The notes beneath the pieces are model-generated. The model was not told the DNA's origin and made no database searches. It was given only the letters and a program-made list of their open reading frames with translations. A program made the position numbers and the translations under genes. From positions 85,994,001 through 86,058,000 of the forward strand of contig NC_042998.1 in the NCBI RefSeq assembly GCF_006345805.1: a stretch of 64,000 bases of DNA, in the 5' to 3' direction. The stretch comes from Octopus sinensis (taxonomy: Eukaryota). Below, piece after piece: positions 11,610 to 23,742 of this stretch. Position 1 is the first letter of the stretch. Each line of letters begins with the position of its first letter.

Positions 11610-11995
11610 TTCAAGAGGGTCATTATGCCAATAATAAACACACACACTGGTTCTGTTTCACTTCTTTTATTATCATTCATCAGTTCATTAACATTTTACT
11701 AATTTACTAAATAACTGCTTGATTAATTGTTCAATTAACTAATCAATCGGTTAGGTTTGTCTAAGTCCTTTTGCTGACTTTTGTAATCTCGTGAATGACA
11801 GATCTTCTGTCCTCTTGGTCTACTTGAATCAGAATGGTGACAAAAGGACTTTACCAAACCTATCTGATTGATTGATTGATCGAGTGATAGTCGATTAAAC
11901 TAGCAATTAGTTAATTGGTTAAATAATTAACCAGTTGACAAATAAATAAGTGAAATACAACCAGTGTTTATTATTGGCACATGATCCTCCCTAGA
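11610..11995. mobile_element. Old foldback/MITE with long imperfect inverted arms
   Basis: About 11610-11775 is reverse-complementary to about 11840-11995 (e.g. tgccaataataaacac..actggtt vs aaccagtgtttattattggca; caaaaggact vs agtccttttg). Confidence 0.6.
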
Positions 11996-12139
11996 TACTG
12001 CAAAATATGTTTCAACACACCAGTTCATATCAAGAATTTTGAAAACTAAATAGAAAAACAAAATTTATTATTGTAGTTTCTTTTATGTTAGCTATCCTTT
12101 CATGCTGTCTGCATAAGCTTCACTACTGTAGGTATAGAT

Positions 12140-12342
12140 TTTCGGCGTTATGCATTGGTTAAATAAACGAATACGTAACGCAACAATTGTTGTCTTAAGA
12201 TTATATTGTCGGTTTGCTTATCTTCCGGGGGGTGTGATAGATAAGAAATTTCGATAACACGTCTGTCATTTTAACTTGAGAAGTTTTATCTCTAACATCA
12301 TGGAATTTTAAGTAAATAAACGGATCTCGTTATAAGGTAAGC
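12140..12342 (+). promoter_or_regulatory. CpG-enriched promoter/first-exon-like segment with a strong 5' splice site
   Basis: Local CpG excess, ATTGG (reverse CCAAT) about 12155, AAG|GTAAGC at 12336/12337; no downstream exon identified. Confidence 0.3.
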
Positions 12343-12437
12343 TTTGTTTAAAAATGATCTCACGGATATTTTTCTTTATATTCAATACCATGTGCTGTTT
12401 TGAGTGAGTGTTTACATATGACAGAAACGTATAATTA

Positions 12438-12610
12438 CTGTATTTTAACGTGTATAAGGAACGCTCGTGTATAAGGAAGCCCATAATTTTGGGGGCTTAA
12501 AATGTGGAAAAGATTTTGTAAAGGATTATAATACTATCCATGTATAAGAAACTTCCATATTTTTAAAAGCTAATTTGGGACGGAAAAGGGTTCCTTATAC
12601 ACGTTAAAAT
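12438..12610. mobile_element. pogo/Tigger-like MITE
   Basis: Perfect 21-bp TIR attttaacgtgtataaggaac (12442) / gttccttatacacgttaaaat (12590-12610); left end TA|CTGT. Confidence 0.7.
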
Positions 12611-12619
12611 CCATCCATC

Positions 12620-12704
12620 CATCCATACATACCTATACGCATACATGTTCGCACACACACACAAATATATATATATACACAAACGTAAATATATGTCTAT
12701 GTAC

Positions 12705-12743
<39 letters not shown>

Positions 12744-12966
12744 CATGTGTGTGTGTGTATGTGTCTGTCTATATATATATATATGTGTGTGTGTGTATAA
12801 AATCAAAATAAGCAACAAGGATATCCTTGTTGCTTATTTTGATTATAATCACCTTATTTTAAATTATATGGATCATACCATACCAAATTCTGGTGCCTTC
12901 AACTTAAGTACCATATTCATCTGAATCTAAATTTTTACTGAACTTATGTGTGTGTGTGTGTGTATG

Positions 12967-13008
<42 letters not shown>

Positions 13009-13012
13009 CGTA

Positions 13013-13060
<48 letters not shown>

Positions 13061-13160
13061 ATATATACATACATATATAAATATATACATATATATAATA
13101 TATAAATATGTATATATATATATACATACATATACACACACATATATATATATACATACA

Positions 13161-13251
<91 letters not shown>

Positions 13252-13353
13252 ACACATACATATATATATACATACATATATATACATATATATATACATA
13301 AATATATATACATATATATATACATACATATATATACATATATATATATATAT
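12620..13353. repeat. Large compound (TA)/(TG)/(TACA) microsatellite field
   Basis: Direct reading; source of the YI-repeat spurious ORFs. Confidence 0.95.
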
Positions 13354-13630
13354 TATATTAAATTAGAGATAAAACCACTATTAGGCAAATCATACAATGA
13401 AAAATTTAAGCCAATACTAATTATCTTTTTTAATAATTTTGATATATATTTAAAATAATATAAATTAATTAATCTTATGTATTGGCTTAAATTTTTCATT
13501 GTATGATTTGCCTAATAGTGGTTTTATCTCTAATTTAATATAAATATAATATTTTACTATAAAATTGGATTCAATCCTAAATCTGATTTTTCCCTGTAAG
13601 TTTGGATTTATTCCCTAATATTTTATTATA
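13354..13630 (+). mobile_element. Third copy of the Penelope-like inverted-arm repeat
   Basis: Perfect 64-bp inverted arms 13354-13417/13479-13542; conserved tail 13560-13625. Confidence 0.6.
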
Positions 13631-13635
13631 TATAT

Positions 13636-14466
13636 CATCATCATCATCATCATCATCATTTAGCGTCCATTTTCCATGCTAGCATGGGTTGGACGGTTCT
13701 ACTGGGGTCTGAAGCCAGAAGGCTTCATCAGGCCCAGTCAAATCTGGCAGTGTTTCTACGGCTGGATGCCCTTCCTAACACCAACCACTCCGTGAGTGTA
13801 GTGGGTGCTTTTTACGTGCCACCCGCACTGGTGCCAGACAGAGCTGGCAAACGGCCACGAACGGATGGTGCTTTTTATGTGCCACCGGCACGAGGGCCAG
13901 GCGAGGCTGGCAACGGACACGAAACGGGGCGGTGCTGGCAACGGTCGCGAAACGGAAAGTTCTCTTACATGCCACCGGCACTGGTAACACATCTGCAATT
14001 TCCATTGGTCGATTTCGATTCTGATCCTCACTTGCCTCAACGGGTCTTCACAAGCACAGTTTCGACATGCCACCGGCACTGGTAGCACATCCGCAATTTC
14101 CATTGATCAATTTTGATTCTGATCCTCACTTGCCTCAACACGTCTTCACAAGTAGAGTTTTGTGTCCAAAGAAGGGAAGGTATGCATACGTAGGCTGGCT
14201 CCATCCCATGTAGAAGGCCACGGGTCATGGACTCACTTGTCCTGCCGGGTCTTCTCGCGCACAGCACACTTCCAGAGGTCTCGGTCTCTAGTCATTTCCT
14301 CAGTGAGACCTAAAGTTCGAAGGTCGTGCTTCACCACCTCGTCCCAGGTTTTCCTGGGTCTGCCTCTTCCACAGGTTCCCTCAACCGCTAGGGTGTGGCA
14401 CTTTTTCACACAACTGTCTTCATCCATTCTCGCCACATAACCATACCAGCGCAAACGTCTCTCTTG

Positions 14467-14468
<2 letters not shown>
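13636..14468 (-). mobile_element. 5'-truncated RTE LINE (ORF2 C-terminus plus 3'UTR)
   Basis: [42 protein letters not shown]...; (CAT)n tail; about 97-bp tandem duplication at 13967-14155. Confidence 0.9.
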
Positions 14469-14526
<58 letters not shown>

Positions 14527-14537
14527 CATATATATAC

Positions 14538-14637
<100 letters not shown>

Positions 14638-14639
14638 AT

Positions 14640-15210
14640 AATAATAGATATTAGGGAATAAATCCAAATTTACAGGGAAAAATCAGATTTAGGATTGAAT
14701 CCAATTTTATAGTAAAATATTATATATTATTATTAGAGACAAAACCACTATTATGCAAATCAAACAAAGAAAGACTTAAGCCAATACATAAAATAATTTA
14801 TATAAAGTAAAATTTAACAATTATAAATAACCACTACGATCGTTTCGTGTCATCACATCTTTGAGACATTCTTCAGGTGGTTTCAAAACCTAAAATATAA
14901 AATATAATCAATATTTTTAAGATATAAATAATCTATATAATCTAAATAAAAATTTACTTATAATAAACTCTATTATTAAATATGATTATATCGAAATCGA
15001 CTATAATGTTAAATATTAACTTTAATTTATAAGGTAGAAAATCCATATTCTAATATCCATTTTAGTCTATATCTACTTATATAGATATTTGAAATGACTA
15101 ATATATATAAATTATCAATGAAAATATATATAAATATTATAATCAAGATCTAAAATAAACTCTATAAACTCTAATGAAAACTATATTTTGTCTCTAATAT
15201 AATATAATAT
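14640..15210 (-). mobile_element. Fourth copy (reverse) of the Penelope-like repeat, longer, carrying a hammerhead
   Basis: Tail 14650-14720 is the reverse complement of 13560-13625; arm at 14725-14790; short inverted arm ttttgtctctaata about 15186-15199; embedded in (TA)n 14468-14635 and 15205-15420. Confidence 0.6.
14829..14882 (-). ncRNA. Minimal type I hammerhead ribozyme (first stem II pair mismatched)
   Basis: Minus strand AACCAC-CTGAAGA-ATGTC(13 nt)GACAC-GAAA-C(gatc)G-TA^GTGGTT. Confidence 0.7.
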
Positions 15211-15235
15211 ATATATATATATATAAATATATATT

Positions 15236-15286
<51 letters not shown>

Positions 15287-15310
15287 CCACATATATATAT
15301 ATATACACAT

Positions 15311-15376
<66 letters not shown>

Positions 15377-15611
15377 TAGGTACATGCATGTGTGTGTGTA
15401 TATATATATATATATATAGTTGGAATTTACAAAGAAAACAATAGACCAGGGCAGGTGTATAAACAACAAACAAGTCTGTTAGTTTAAAGCTTGGGAAGGT
15501 GAGAAAGTCTTTTATGTTTCGAGCCTGAATAAATTGTTTAAATTACGCAAGAATGAATATAACACTGACATCTCATTTTAACAGATATATTTACCAAAAT
15601 TACATAAAAAT

Positions 15612-15822
15612 GCAATAATCCCTCGCTATATCGCGGTTTATTATGTAAGCTCACGTCGATTCCTCCGTGGCGTTGTTCTGCATTTATAATAAAATAGATA
15701 TATACAAATCATAAAAATAATTTAAAAGATTTATAGTACAGTACTGTCTCTTCTTTGCGGCTTTTCACCTATCGCGAGGGGTTTGGGAATGTAACACTTG
15801 TGATAGTCGGGGGATTATTGTA
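15612..15822 (-). mobile_element. Tigger/pogo-like MITE
   Basis: TIR-like ends caataatccctcgctat / atagtcgggggattattg; reverse-oriented homologue of 37257-37461. Confidence 0.7.
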
Positions 15823-15977
15823 TCTTGAAATACTTAAGAGTCAATTTATTCAATAAAATCGCCATTGGCTTCATCCATGGCCTCGAGACGATTTCGGATC
15901 TTCTGCAACTTTTCTGGACAGTCTCCTTATCTGTGAATGCTGCCATAATCGTTGTCCTCACTACATCTTTGGTGTTA

Positions 15978-16365
15978 TTAGGTTGTCCGGAAAGTTCTTT
16001 TTTTAATATGCAGAAAGGAATATAAATAATTGACCTTTCAATAAATTTTATTCAATGAAATAATTTCCATTATTATCAATGGCCTTTACCCGGCAATTTA
16101 TCAGGCAATTTAAATATTCCATCAGCTTAAAATTTGACTGGTTTTGAAGAAAAAAGTTATCTAGATGCATTTTGACTCCATCTAAATCGCTAAATGCTTT
16201 TCCTTGCAATGAGTTCTGTAGAGATAAAAGCAAGTGGTAGTCGGATGGCGCAATATCAAGAGAATATGGTTGATAGGATAAGAGATCCCAGCCAAATTCA
16301 TGTAACTTTGTTCGGGTAACCGAAGACACATGTGGTCGGGCATTGTCTTGTTGGAACCTTACCCC
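15978..16365 (-). pseudogene. mariner transposase 3' remnant with one TIR
   Basis: QQDNARPHV..RTKLHEFGWDLLSYQPYSLDIAPSDYHLL...NNGNYFIE*; terminus TA|TTAGGTTGTCCGGAAAGTTC. Confidence 0.85.
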
Positions 16366-16399
16366 TTTTCTGGGTATACACTGTAATTTTACCCTTTTC

Positions 16400-17290
16400 T
16401 GTTGGCAATCTCCGGCCTCAATTCTTTAATTAGCCAGCTAACGACAGTACACACCAGGATTAATTGGTCTGGCTCTGTGGGAGAAGCTCATAACAAATAA
16501 TACCTTTATGATTTCACCAAACACAAAGGGTAGCTTTTTTGGCATGGATATTTGTCTTTGGTTGCTGTTTTGAGGGATACTTACGCAAACTCCAGGATCT
16601 TTTTTTAACTACGTTTTGGTACACAATCTATTTTTCATTTCCAGTCACAAGTTGTTTCAAAAAAGGCATGCGTTCATTCCGCTTTAAAAGCATATCACAA
16701 ACGGAATACTGGTCCAAGCAATTCTTTTCTGAGAGTTTGTGTAATGGTTACCGCTTCTCGATATAGAGCTGTTACGTCGGAAAACAAACATTTCCATAAG
16801 TCCATGGTGATAGGTGAAAACCTTTTGGTCTTATTCAGTATTTCACTTACTCTTTTGGGCTAGTTCCATCACACAATGGCTCTATCTTGTAACGCACTGA
16901 AGCTGATTCTTTTATGAATTTATAGAAAGAATTAGGATTCTTTTTTATATCCTCTACAGCCCTGATTACTCTTTTTCCCTATCTTTTTTATAGTTAAGTA
17001 TAAATGTGCTCTCGCTTTCTTTTAAACCAGACTCCTCACTATTTTTACTTTGTGATTCAAGACCCTTATTCTTCGTTTCATGTGGATTTTTACCTTATTT
17101 AGGAATGCTTTTGTACACGTTAGCTTTTCTCTCTAGAACAAATCTAATCCACATGGCTCGCATTATTGACATAATATCTTTATGGTTTAAGCTATTGTCT
17201 CTTAGATTAGATCTGTTTTAGGGCATTTGTCTCTAGAAACCATAGGAAAAATGGAACGGGCAAGTGAGATATCACCTCCATACCTTTCAA
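16400..17290 (-). pseudogene. Degraded CR1-like LINE ORF2 (endonuclease-RT linker)
   Basis: Minus strand reads ..RAVEDIKKNPNSFYKFIKESASVRYKIEPL..; 17100-17200 aligns with 30640-30730. Confidence 0.55.
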
Positions 17291-19009
17291 GGAGAACAAT
17301 GGCTCCTAATAAGAACTGTTTTGGATTGTGACGACTTGTCAACTAAACCAACTCTCTCAACAAGGCTCGGCAAATTGAGAGTGTTTGCTCGAAATTCATC
17401 AGGACAAAAATAAATAGATGATAAAATAAAAATAAATTACCGATACCACTTAAAGGGTCGGATGAGTCCATCGTAGGGACAACGACTATCTAGCAATTGT
17501 GCGGAGTCATAGAACTAACTACTTGTGATGGTGAACGAGTGCGCGTCATAGAAATACGCGTCATGGTGAACGAATGCGCCGCTGGACCCCCTAGGAGTGA
17601 TGGAGCTCTAATTCTTGTTAAGACAAGCATTTAGGAAAAGGGCACACATGAAAAACTGGGGATCATTGAAGTTAATATCGTCCTAGCTAATATGGAACAC
17701 CAAGAGGAAAGCTGTTCTATCTAAAAAATGAATGTAGTTGTGTGTACTCTTCATTTACTAAAATCAGTTCCACACATAGGAACTTCTTGGAAAATTAAAT
17801 CTGAATATTACTGTCTCGATCTGCCTAGGTAGTTCCTTAGAAGTATTCAAGAGTTTCTGTCACATAACCTAATTAGCAGCTGGGATCGGGTACTCTGAAA
17901 GTATACTAGCCTGAGAACGAATGGATGGGGAAAAGTTCTGGAAAATACAAATTGTGTTAGTAACAAAGTGCCTTTCCTTCAGAATGGAGGTCGGACTGTT
18001 ATCTGTATGCAGAGTACGTTGCTTACTTAGTCCAGTATTTATAGGCCTCGAAGGGTAGAAAGGAATATAGTGTACATGCGTCACTGGTTGTGTAGCGTTA
18101 GTATGCATGAAGGACGGAGAAAAAAAAAATGACCTGAGAGAAAAGCTGTAAGAGGAAACATGAAATATGCAAGAAAAAAGACTGCGTTAGTGTGGATGAC
18201 GACAACTGCTTAAAAAATACCGAGCGCTTAAAGTGGATGATGTTAGTTGAAGAGAAAGACCTAGAGAGTCATGAGACGAAGTTGTGAAAACGGGTGGGTG
18301 CTCTTCCTGACATAATGCTAAATCTCAAAAGAGATGGTAAGTGACTGCAACAATTGGCAACTTTTGGTACTGGAGAAAATCTGCACACTAGTACAAGTTT
18401 AGCACAAGGAACGCTAATATGGGTAGTGAAGATGGCAGCCTTTATCCTTAGCTCCGCAACGCTCCTCTAGAATTTTCTCCCTCAGCTCTTTACCCTTACT
18501 GCCCTTCTCCTCGTGGCTTCTCTGTCGCATGAACGCTGTCTTCCCTACTCTCACATCTTTTTCAGCCACTAACCCTCTCATTATATCTTCCTCGCCACCT
18601 TCATCGTTATCTCTTTCATGTACCGTCCAATGCATACCTGCATAGGAAGCGGTCGTGAAATAATGATGCTGATGATGCACGCGTGTGTCCAAGTTGTATG
18701 TTGTAGGTCACACTATTTCAACCGAGGGACCTGGAATTTTGCAACGGCTCATCTTTTAAAAGAGAATATCACCGGTGATATGGCACATTTGCCAATTTTT
18801 AAAAAATTCCTGCAAGATCTTAAATTTATTAATTACTGATATACTACAATGCTATATTCGTGAAAGAAGGAAATTGTTTTTAAATGTTGAATATTTTCGG
18901 AGTATGAAGACTGAGTTTATAAATTGAATTGTCTTAAACGCTAGAAGTCGACGGTCTATCTTTCAATAAATGGGAAAATAAATAAATAAACAACAACAAC
19001 AACCCTTTC

Positions 19010-19105
19010 TGTTAAAAGCACAAGGTCTGAAATTTGGGTGGGAGGGGACTAGTCGATTACACTGGCACTTAATTTATCGACCCCAAAAGTATGAAAGGCA
19101 AAGAA
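19010..19105 (-). mobile_element. SINE family B 3' part
   Basis: Matches the 47780-47900 consensus in reverse. Confidence 0.6.
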
Positions 19106-19198
19106 TTTAATGTAAATGCTTAATTCGTCCCTCTCCCCCACACCTTTCTGCTCATAATTCACACGTAGAAAGAAAATAAGTTTCAATCTTTTAAAATA

Positions 19199-20737
19199 CT
19201 AGCAGCATAGCCCGGCGTTGCCCGGGTATGTAAGAGCCCCTAGTGGGTAACGACTAATCCCGATCTAGTCCTTTCCCTCTAGGGAACGAAGGCGCATGTG
19301 TAGGTTGCAATGTCTTCTCTTCACTCGAATACTTCTGTGTATACGATGTTCCTAGCTGTCCCTTTGGGCGAAAACATTAAAACATCATTGCGCCTCCCAA
19401 CGCGTGAACAGCCCACATAGAGTTGACCGTGGGTGAAGCACTGTTCGCCCAAATGTAACCCAGCGACTTGTAGCGTTTGGCCTTGGGATTTAAGCTTTTT
19501 GTGAGGGGCGCAAGGCGGTTTCTTCGTGGGTCTCGCGTGCCCTTCAAGCCCTAGCAGCCGATGCCTTGGCCGTCCGAGGGCTGAGGAGGGTCCTTCTCTT
19601 CTTGGGTGGCATTTTGGCGAATAGCAGTGTGTTTGGCAAAGGTGTAATACAAAGGTACACGTGGGGTAAGTATTTTGGTGGAAGCAATGTGTTTGGCAAA
19701 GGTGTAATAAAAAGGAACATGTGGGGTAAGTATCCCAAAATGTATAAAAATGTACCAAAACGGCAAAAAAGCGGGCAACAATGTGAGTGACAACAACGAA
19801 AAAGTGAAAAGTGACCAAACTGAACAAACGAATGGAAAAGGTTTTTTGGTGCACACGACAAAAGCGGCTTATAATAAACCAAGAGTTTGCAAGTAGTGTC
19901 CAAGGACCCTTAGGGTACGTCAAAAATTTAAGGTAAAACGTTTGGGGTGGTAGTTATAAAGAAAGTTTAAACAAAAAATGTATTCAAATAACTTGCGGCT
20001 GCAGCAGCTATTAGCAGAAGTGTTGGGGGTAAAGTCTCGAATGTAATTTTTTCCTGATAGGAATTGGTTGGGTTGAATTATCGATAGCTGTTTGATATTT
20101 ATTTGGGAGTGTAAGAGAGTTAAAAAGGTCGAGTTGCGTCCCCTAGACAGTCTGTGGTTTGTGTTTAATACACAAATCGGTTTGCTGTGTGTGCCACATA
20201 TGATTTAATTAACCGATTTTTTCCAGTAATAAAGTATCCTATTGGAATAAACAGGGCCATATAGTTCCTTGGAGCAGACATGATGCTCGCTGTGAATTTC
20301 AAAAAAAATTCCTGCCAATTTGTGAAAGATATTGTCGAAAATATGTCATCTTGAATTTGAACACGATTTCCCAAAATGGCATGATTTTATCGATTTTTTC
20401 TGATGGTAAGGTATTGCATGGAAAACTAACGTCAGAATTAAGTTTCTTAGGGTAACATTAAGCTTCACCATGAGTTTGGTGAAAATCGATTGCAAGTTGC
20501 GAAAACTACAACAGAAAATGTGTTGCATATAAAAAGCTTAGATTCTCGACCCCATGTCGAATTTATCGATTATTTTCAGAACTGGGGGAACTTTTCAAAA
20601 TTTTCGCTGCGTTAGTTTTGAATTATGACATTGGGCTATGTGTGTGTCAAGTTTCATCAGAATCGGTTGAAAGCCGTGGTCAGGGTGAGGGTACAACCTG
20701 ACAGACACACAGACAAACTGCCGTTTATATATAGAGA
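19199..20737 (-). mobile_element. Non-autonomous Helitron, internal-deletion derivative
   Basis: A|TC 5' end at 20737; 3' hairpin CCCGGGCAACGCCGGG then CTAG|T at 19199; retains RepHel N- and C-terminal coding fragments. Confidence 0.9.
19321..19491 (-). pseudogene. Helitron PIF1-family helicase C-terminal fragment
   Basis: KSQGQTLQVAGLHLGEQCFTHGQLYVGCSRVG...ARNIVYTEVFE* matches PIF1 motifs V/VI (KSQGQTL, HGQLYVAxSRV). Confidence 0.9.
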
Positions 20738-21099
20738 TTCATGTTTGTACCTAAGCAGATATGCCTGATTAGGTAGTGATGGTGATGAGGTGGGTGGGGG
20801 AAACGAATAAAAATAATTACGACTAATCGTATTCGGTTTTGGTATTCACTGTGTTCCAAATGTGTCGTCTGCAATTGTTTGCTTGTTATGAGGTTGAGCG
20901 ACAAGAAGTCTATTGCGCCACATCTTCAGATCTACACGTTTGTATTTTTTACACTTTTAAAAAATAATTAGTTTCATGTCACTCTAGAATTTTGATTTTT
21001 AAAGGTAAGAACCTATCGAATAATATATAAAATTGTTATATTTAGCTATTTGCTTACAACCGACTTACAAGCAATTCTTGAATATGAATATTTTTGGCA

Positions 21100-21900
21100 T
21101 ACCTACAAAATTATGCCTCTACCAACATCATTTCCTTATAACTTCCAGAAAAATGCATATTTTTAATAATGAAATTTTCTCCAAGTATGCTTCAGATGAT
21201 GTAGATTCCTGCTACATCGGAATTTGTTGTGAAGAAATTTTTTTGCAAAAGAGGGGAACAGAGTTTCGGAAAACTCACACGAATTTTGTTTCTTAATAAC
21301 TTTCAGAAAAATGGATATTTTTCTATGATTTTTGTTTTTACAAATACCTTTCAAATAGTGTAGATTACTATTATATCGGAATTTAATGTGAAAAATATAA
21401 TTGTTGAGCACATATACAAACATACTGACATACATCACGCTTTTTTTTTACGAAATTTCAAGTTTCATTTTATAGATGTCGTGTGTCAGTATGTATATTT
21501 CCGAGCCCACCATTTTCTTTCATATTAAATTCCGATAATCGATGCCATCTAAAAGATATCTGTAGAAAATTTCATTAAAAAAATATCCATTTTTCTGAAA
21601 GTTATGAGACAAGTGTGAGTTTTCCGAAACTTCTCTCTCCTCCATAAAAAATTGTTTTCACAACAAGCATTTTTGTAAAAGAAATTCATAAAAAAATTAT
21701 ATCCACTTTTCTGGAAATTATTAGGAAACAATGTTGAAGGAGGCACTTGTGTAGGAACGCCATGTTTTCATTGAGTTGTGCAATAAGCGGTTCTTTCACT
21801 TTTCCTATTTTCATTTTCTAGAAATTTTCTTCATGTTTCTATATTTCAAAAATTGGAAATTTCAACTTTGCACAAAATAAACTAGGGTTTATAGACTGGG
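21100..21900. repeat. Modular AT-rich DNA-element remnant with internal inverted repeat
   Basis: 21260-21325 is reverse-complementary to 21580-21635; module 'ataactt(c/t)cagaaaaatggatatttt' recurs near 21140, 21300, 23570 and 25200(-). Confidence 0.45.
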
Positions 21901-22067
21901 GTTAGGTTATGATTAAAGTTTAAGGTAAGAAGACTAGAATAAGAGTTAAATGGAGAAAGAAGTGTCAAATAAAATTGAATTTGCACAAATTTCTTGCAGA
22001 CTCATAATCTCCAACATTTAAAACATTTTAAACACAAGAAACTTTTGACAAAAAAAAAATTGTGTAT

Positions 22068-22609
22068 GTTTTCGGTTTGACTGGCGGTTTTTTCTAGCGG
22101 TGTCATATGAAATTGTCACCCATAATTATGACCCTAGTATCGATCTATTGCATTTCAATCTGTTTTAGGGTTAGGGGTGGGGGGAAGGGTATCTTTTTTT
22201 CTTCAGAAATGTAAATAAACCCAATCTGTTTCTTAAACGAGGGACATATTCATGCAGCACAGAATGTTTTCACCTCAATAGACGTCATTGATTGGTTGAA
22301 ATTGCAGAAGTTGAAGAAAAAAACAACACATGTCTTACAAACTATAGAATTTTCTCAATAAAGCCAAGAGAAAAAGATGTTTTATAAACACATTCTACCA
22401 GTATACGAAGTTTAAAATTTTTTAGTTACCTAGAAATTATGTTAAAAACTGCCGTTCAAAAGGAAAAGATCCGAAAAAAAGATACCCTTCCCCCAACCCT
22501 AACCCTAAAAGAGATTGAACTGCAATAGATCGATTCTTGGGTCATAATTGTGGGTGACAATTTCATATGACACCGCTAGAAAAAACTGCCGTTCAAACTG
22601 AAAAGATCC
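22068..22609. mobile_element. MITE/foldback with about 135-bp inverted arms and a duplicated right terminus
   Basis: 22068-22200 is reverse-complementary to 22473-22609; an extra end motif 'aaaaactgccgttcaaa..gaaaagatcc' at 22445-22472. Confidence 0.8.
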
Positions 22610-22944
22610 TAAAGCTGTCTAGGCCAGGTACTGCAGTTAGTGTGCATATGTATGCATGTGTGTGTGTATGAATATGTATGTCTTAATATATATATATGTA
22701 TATATGTAAACTAACCAACACCAATTGCCAAGCAGTGGTGGTGGGTAAACACACACGCACACATGTGCCATGTTGGAGCTAAGCCTTGAAGGGTTTTAGT
22801 GAAACAAATCAACTCCACAGTTTATTCCTTAAGCTTGGTACTTATTCTATCAGTCATTTTTGCCGAACCACTAATAGAGATCGTTAAATACAAAATGAAA
22901 GTCAAGCAAAGCAAGCTGATTTGTAGACATTTAATAACAATGTA

Positions 22945-23165
22945 ATTTTGTTTTCAAATTTTGACCCAAGGCCAGAAATTTCCGTGAGAGGGTTAGTCGA
23001 TTACATCAACTCCAGTACTCAACTAGTACTTATTTTATTGACTCTAAAAGGATGAAAGGCAAAGTCGACCTCGGTAGAATTTGAACTCAGAGCGTGAAGA
23101 CATATGAAATGCCACTAAACATTTTGCCTGCCGTGCTACCGATTCTGCCAGTTCACCACCTTATA
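22945..23165 (-). mobile_element. SINE family B, near full length
   Basis: Reverse complement of the family B head and body. Confidence 0.75.
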
Positions 23166-23199
23166 TAGCAATGTAATATTAATATTACCTATGTTAAAG

Positions 23200-23511
23200 C
23201 AGTGGTTCCCAAAGTGGGTGGTATCCACCTGGGGGGTGGGGGGTGGAAAGTTTCAAGGGGGCATTGAAGAAAAGTGGGACGATAATGGGGCAGCGATTCA
23301 TGTAAAAAGTGGGGCGATAATGGGGTATAGATTTATGTAAAAACAGTAAAATAATGGGTTCATTAGGTTAAGTTTGATTTGTGAAATACAGTTGCTTTGA
23401 ATTTGCTTCAGAAAGAGGTCTATGTTTGTGATGGTTAGTTAATTGGGGTTGCTAGGAATGTGGCATGGATGTCAAGGAGGCGGCAGCTCAAAAAATGTTT
23501 GGGAATCATTG
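23200..23511. mobile_element. hAT/Charlie-like MITE
   Basis: TIR CAGTGGTTCCCAAA / TTTGGGAATCATTG; clean 8-bp TSD not seen. Confidence 0.6.
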
Positions 23512-23742
23512 TTAAGCAATAGGCATGAATAAACAAATGTCTCCCCCCCCACAAGAATGTGTTTCGTCATAACTTCCAAATAAATGGATATTTTTCGATA
23601 CAATTTTCTACTAATATGCTCCAGATGGTATAGATTCTGATTATATCTGAATTTGTTGGGAAAAAAGTGTGTTGGGAGGTGGAACGATTCAGAAAATTCA
23701 CTCAGGTTGGCTTTGTTTCCTCATTACTTTCTGAAAAGTAGG

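Noticed and set aside
17290-17590. CpG-rich segment ending GCCGCTGGACCCC with short direct repeats (tggtgaacga x2)
   Set aside because: Resembles a DNA-transposon end, but no partner terminus or TSD was found, so it is left unclassified
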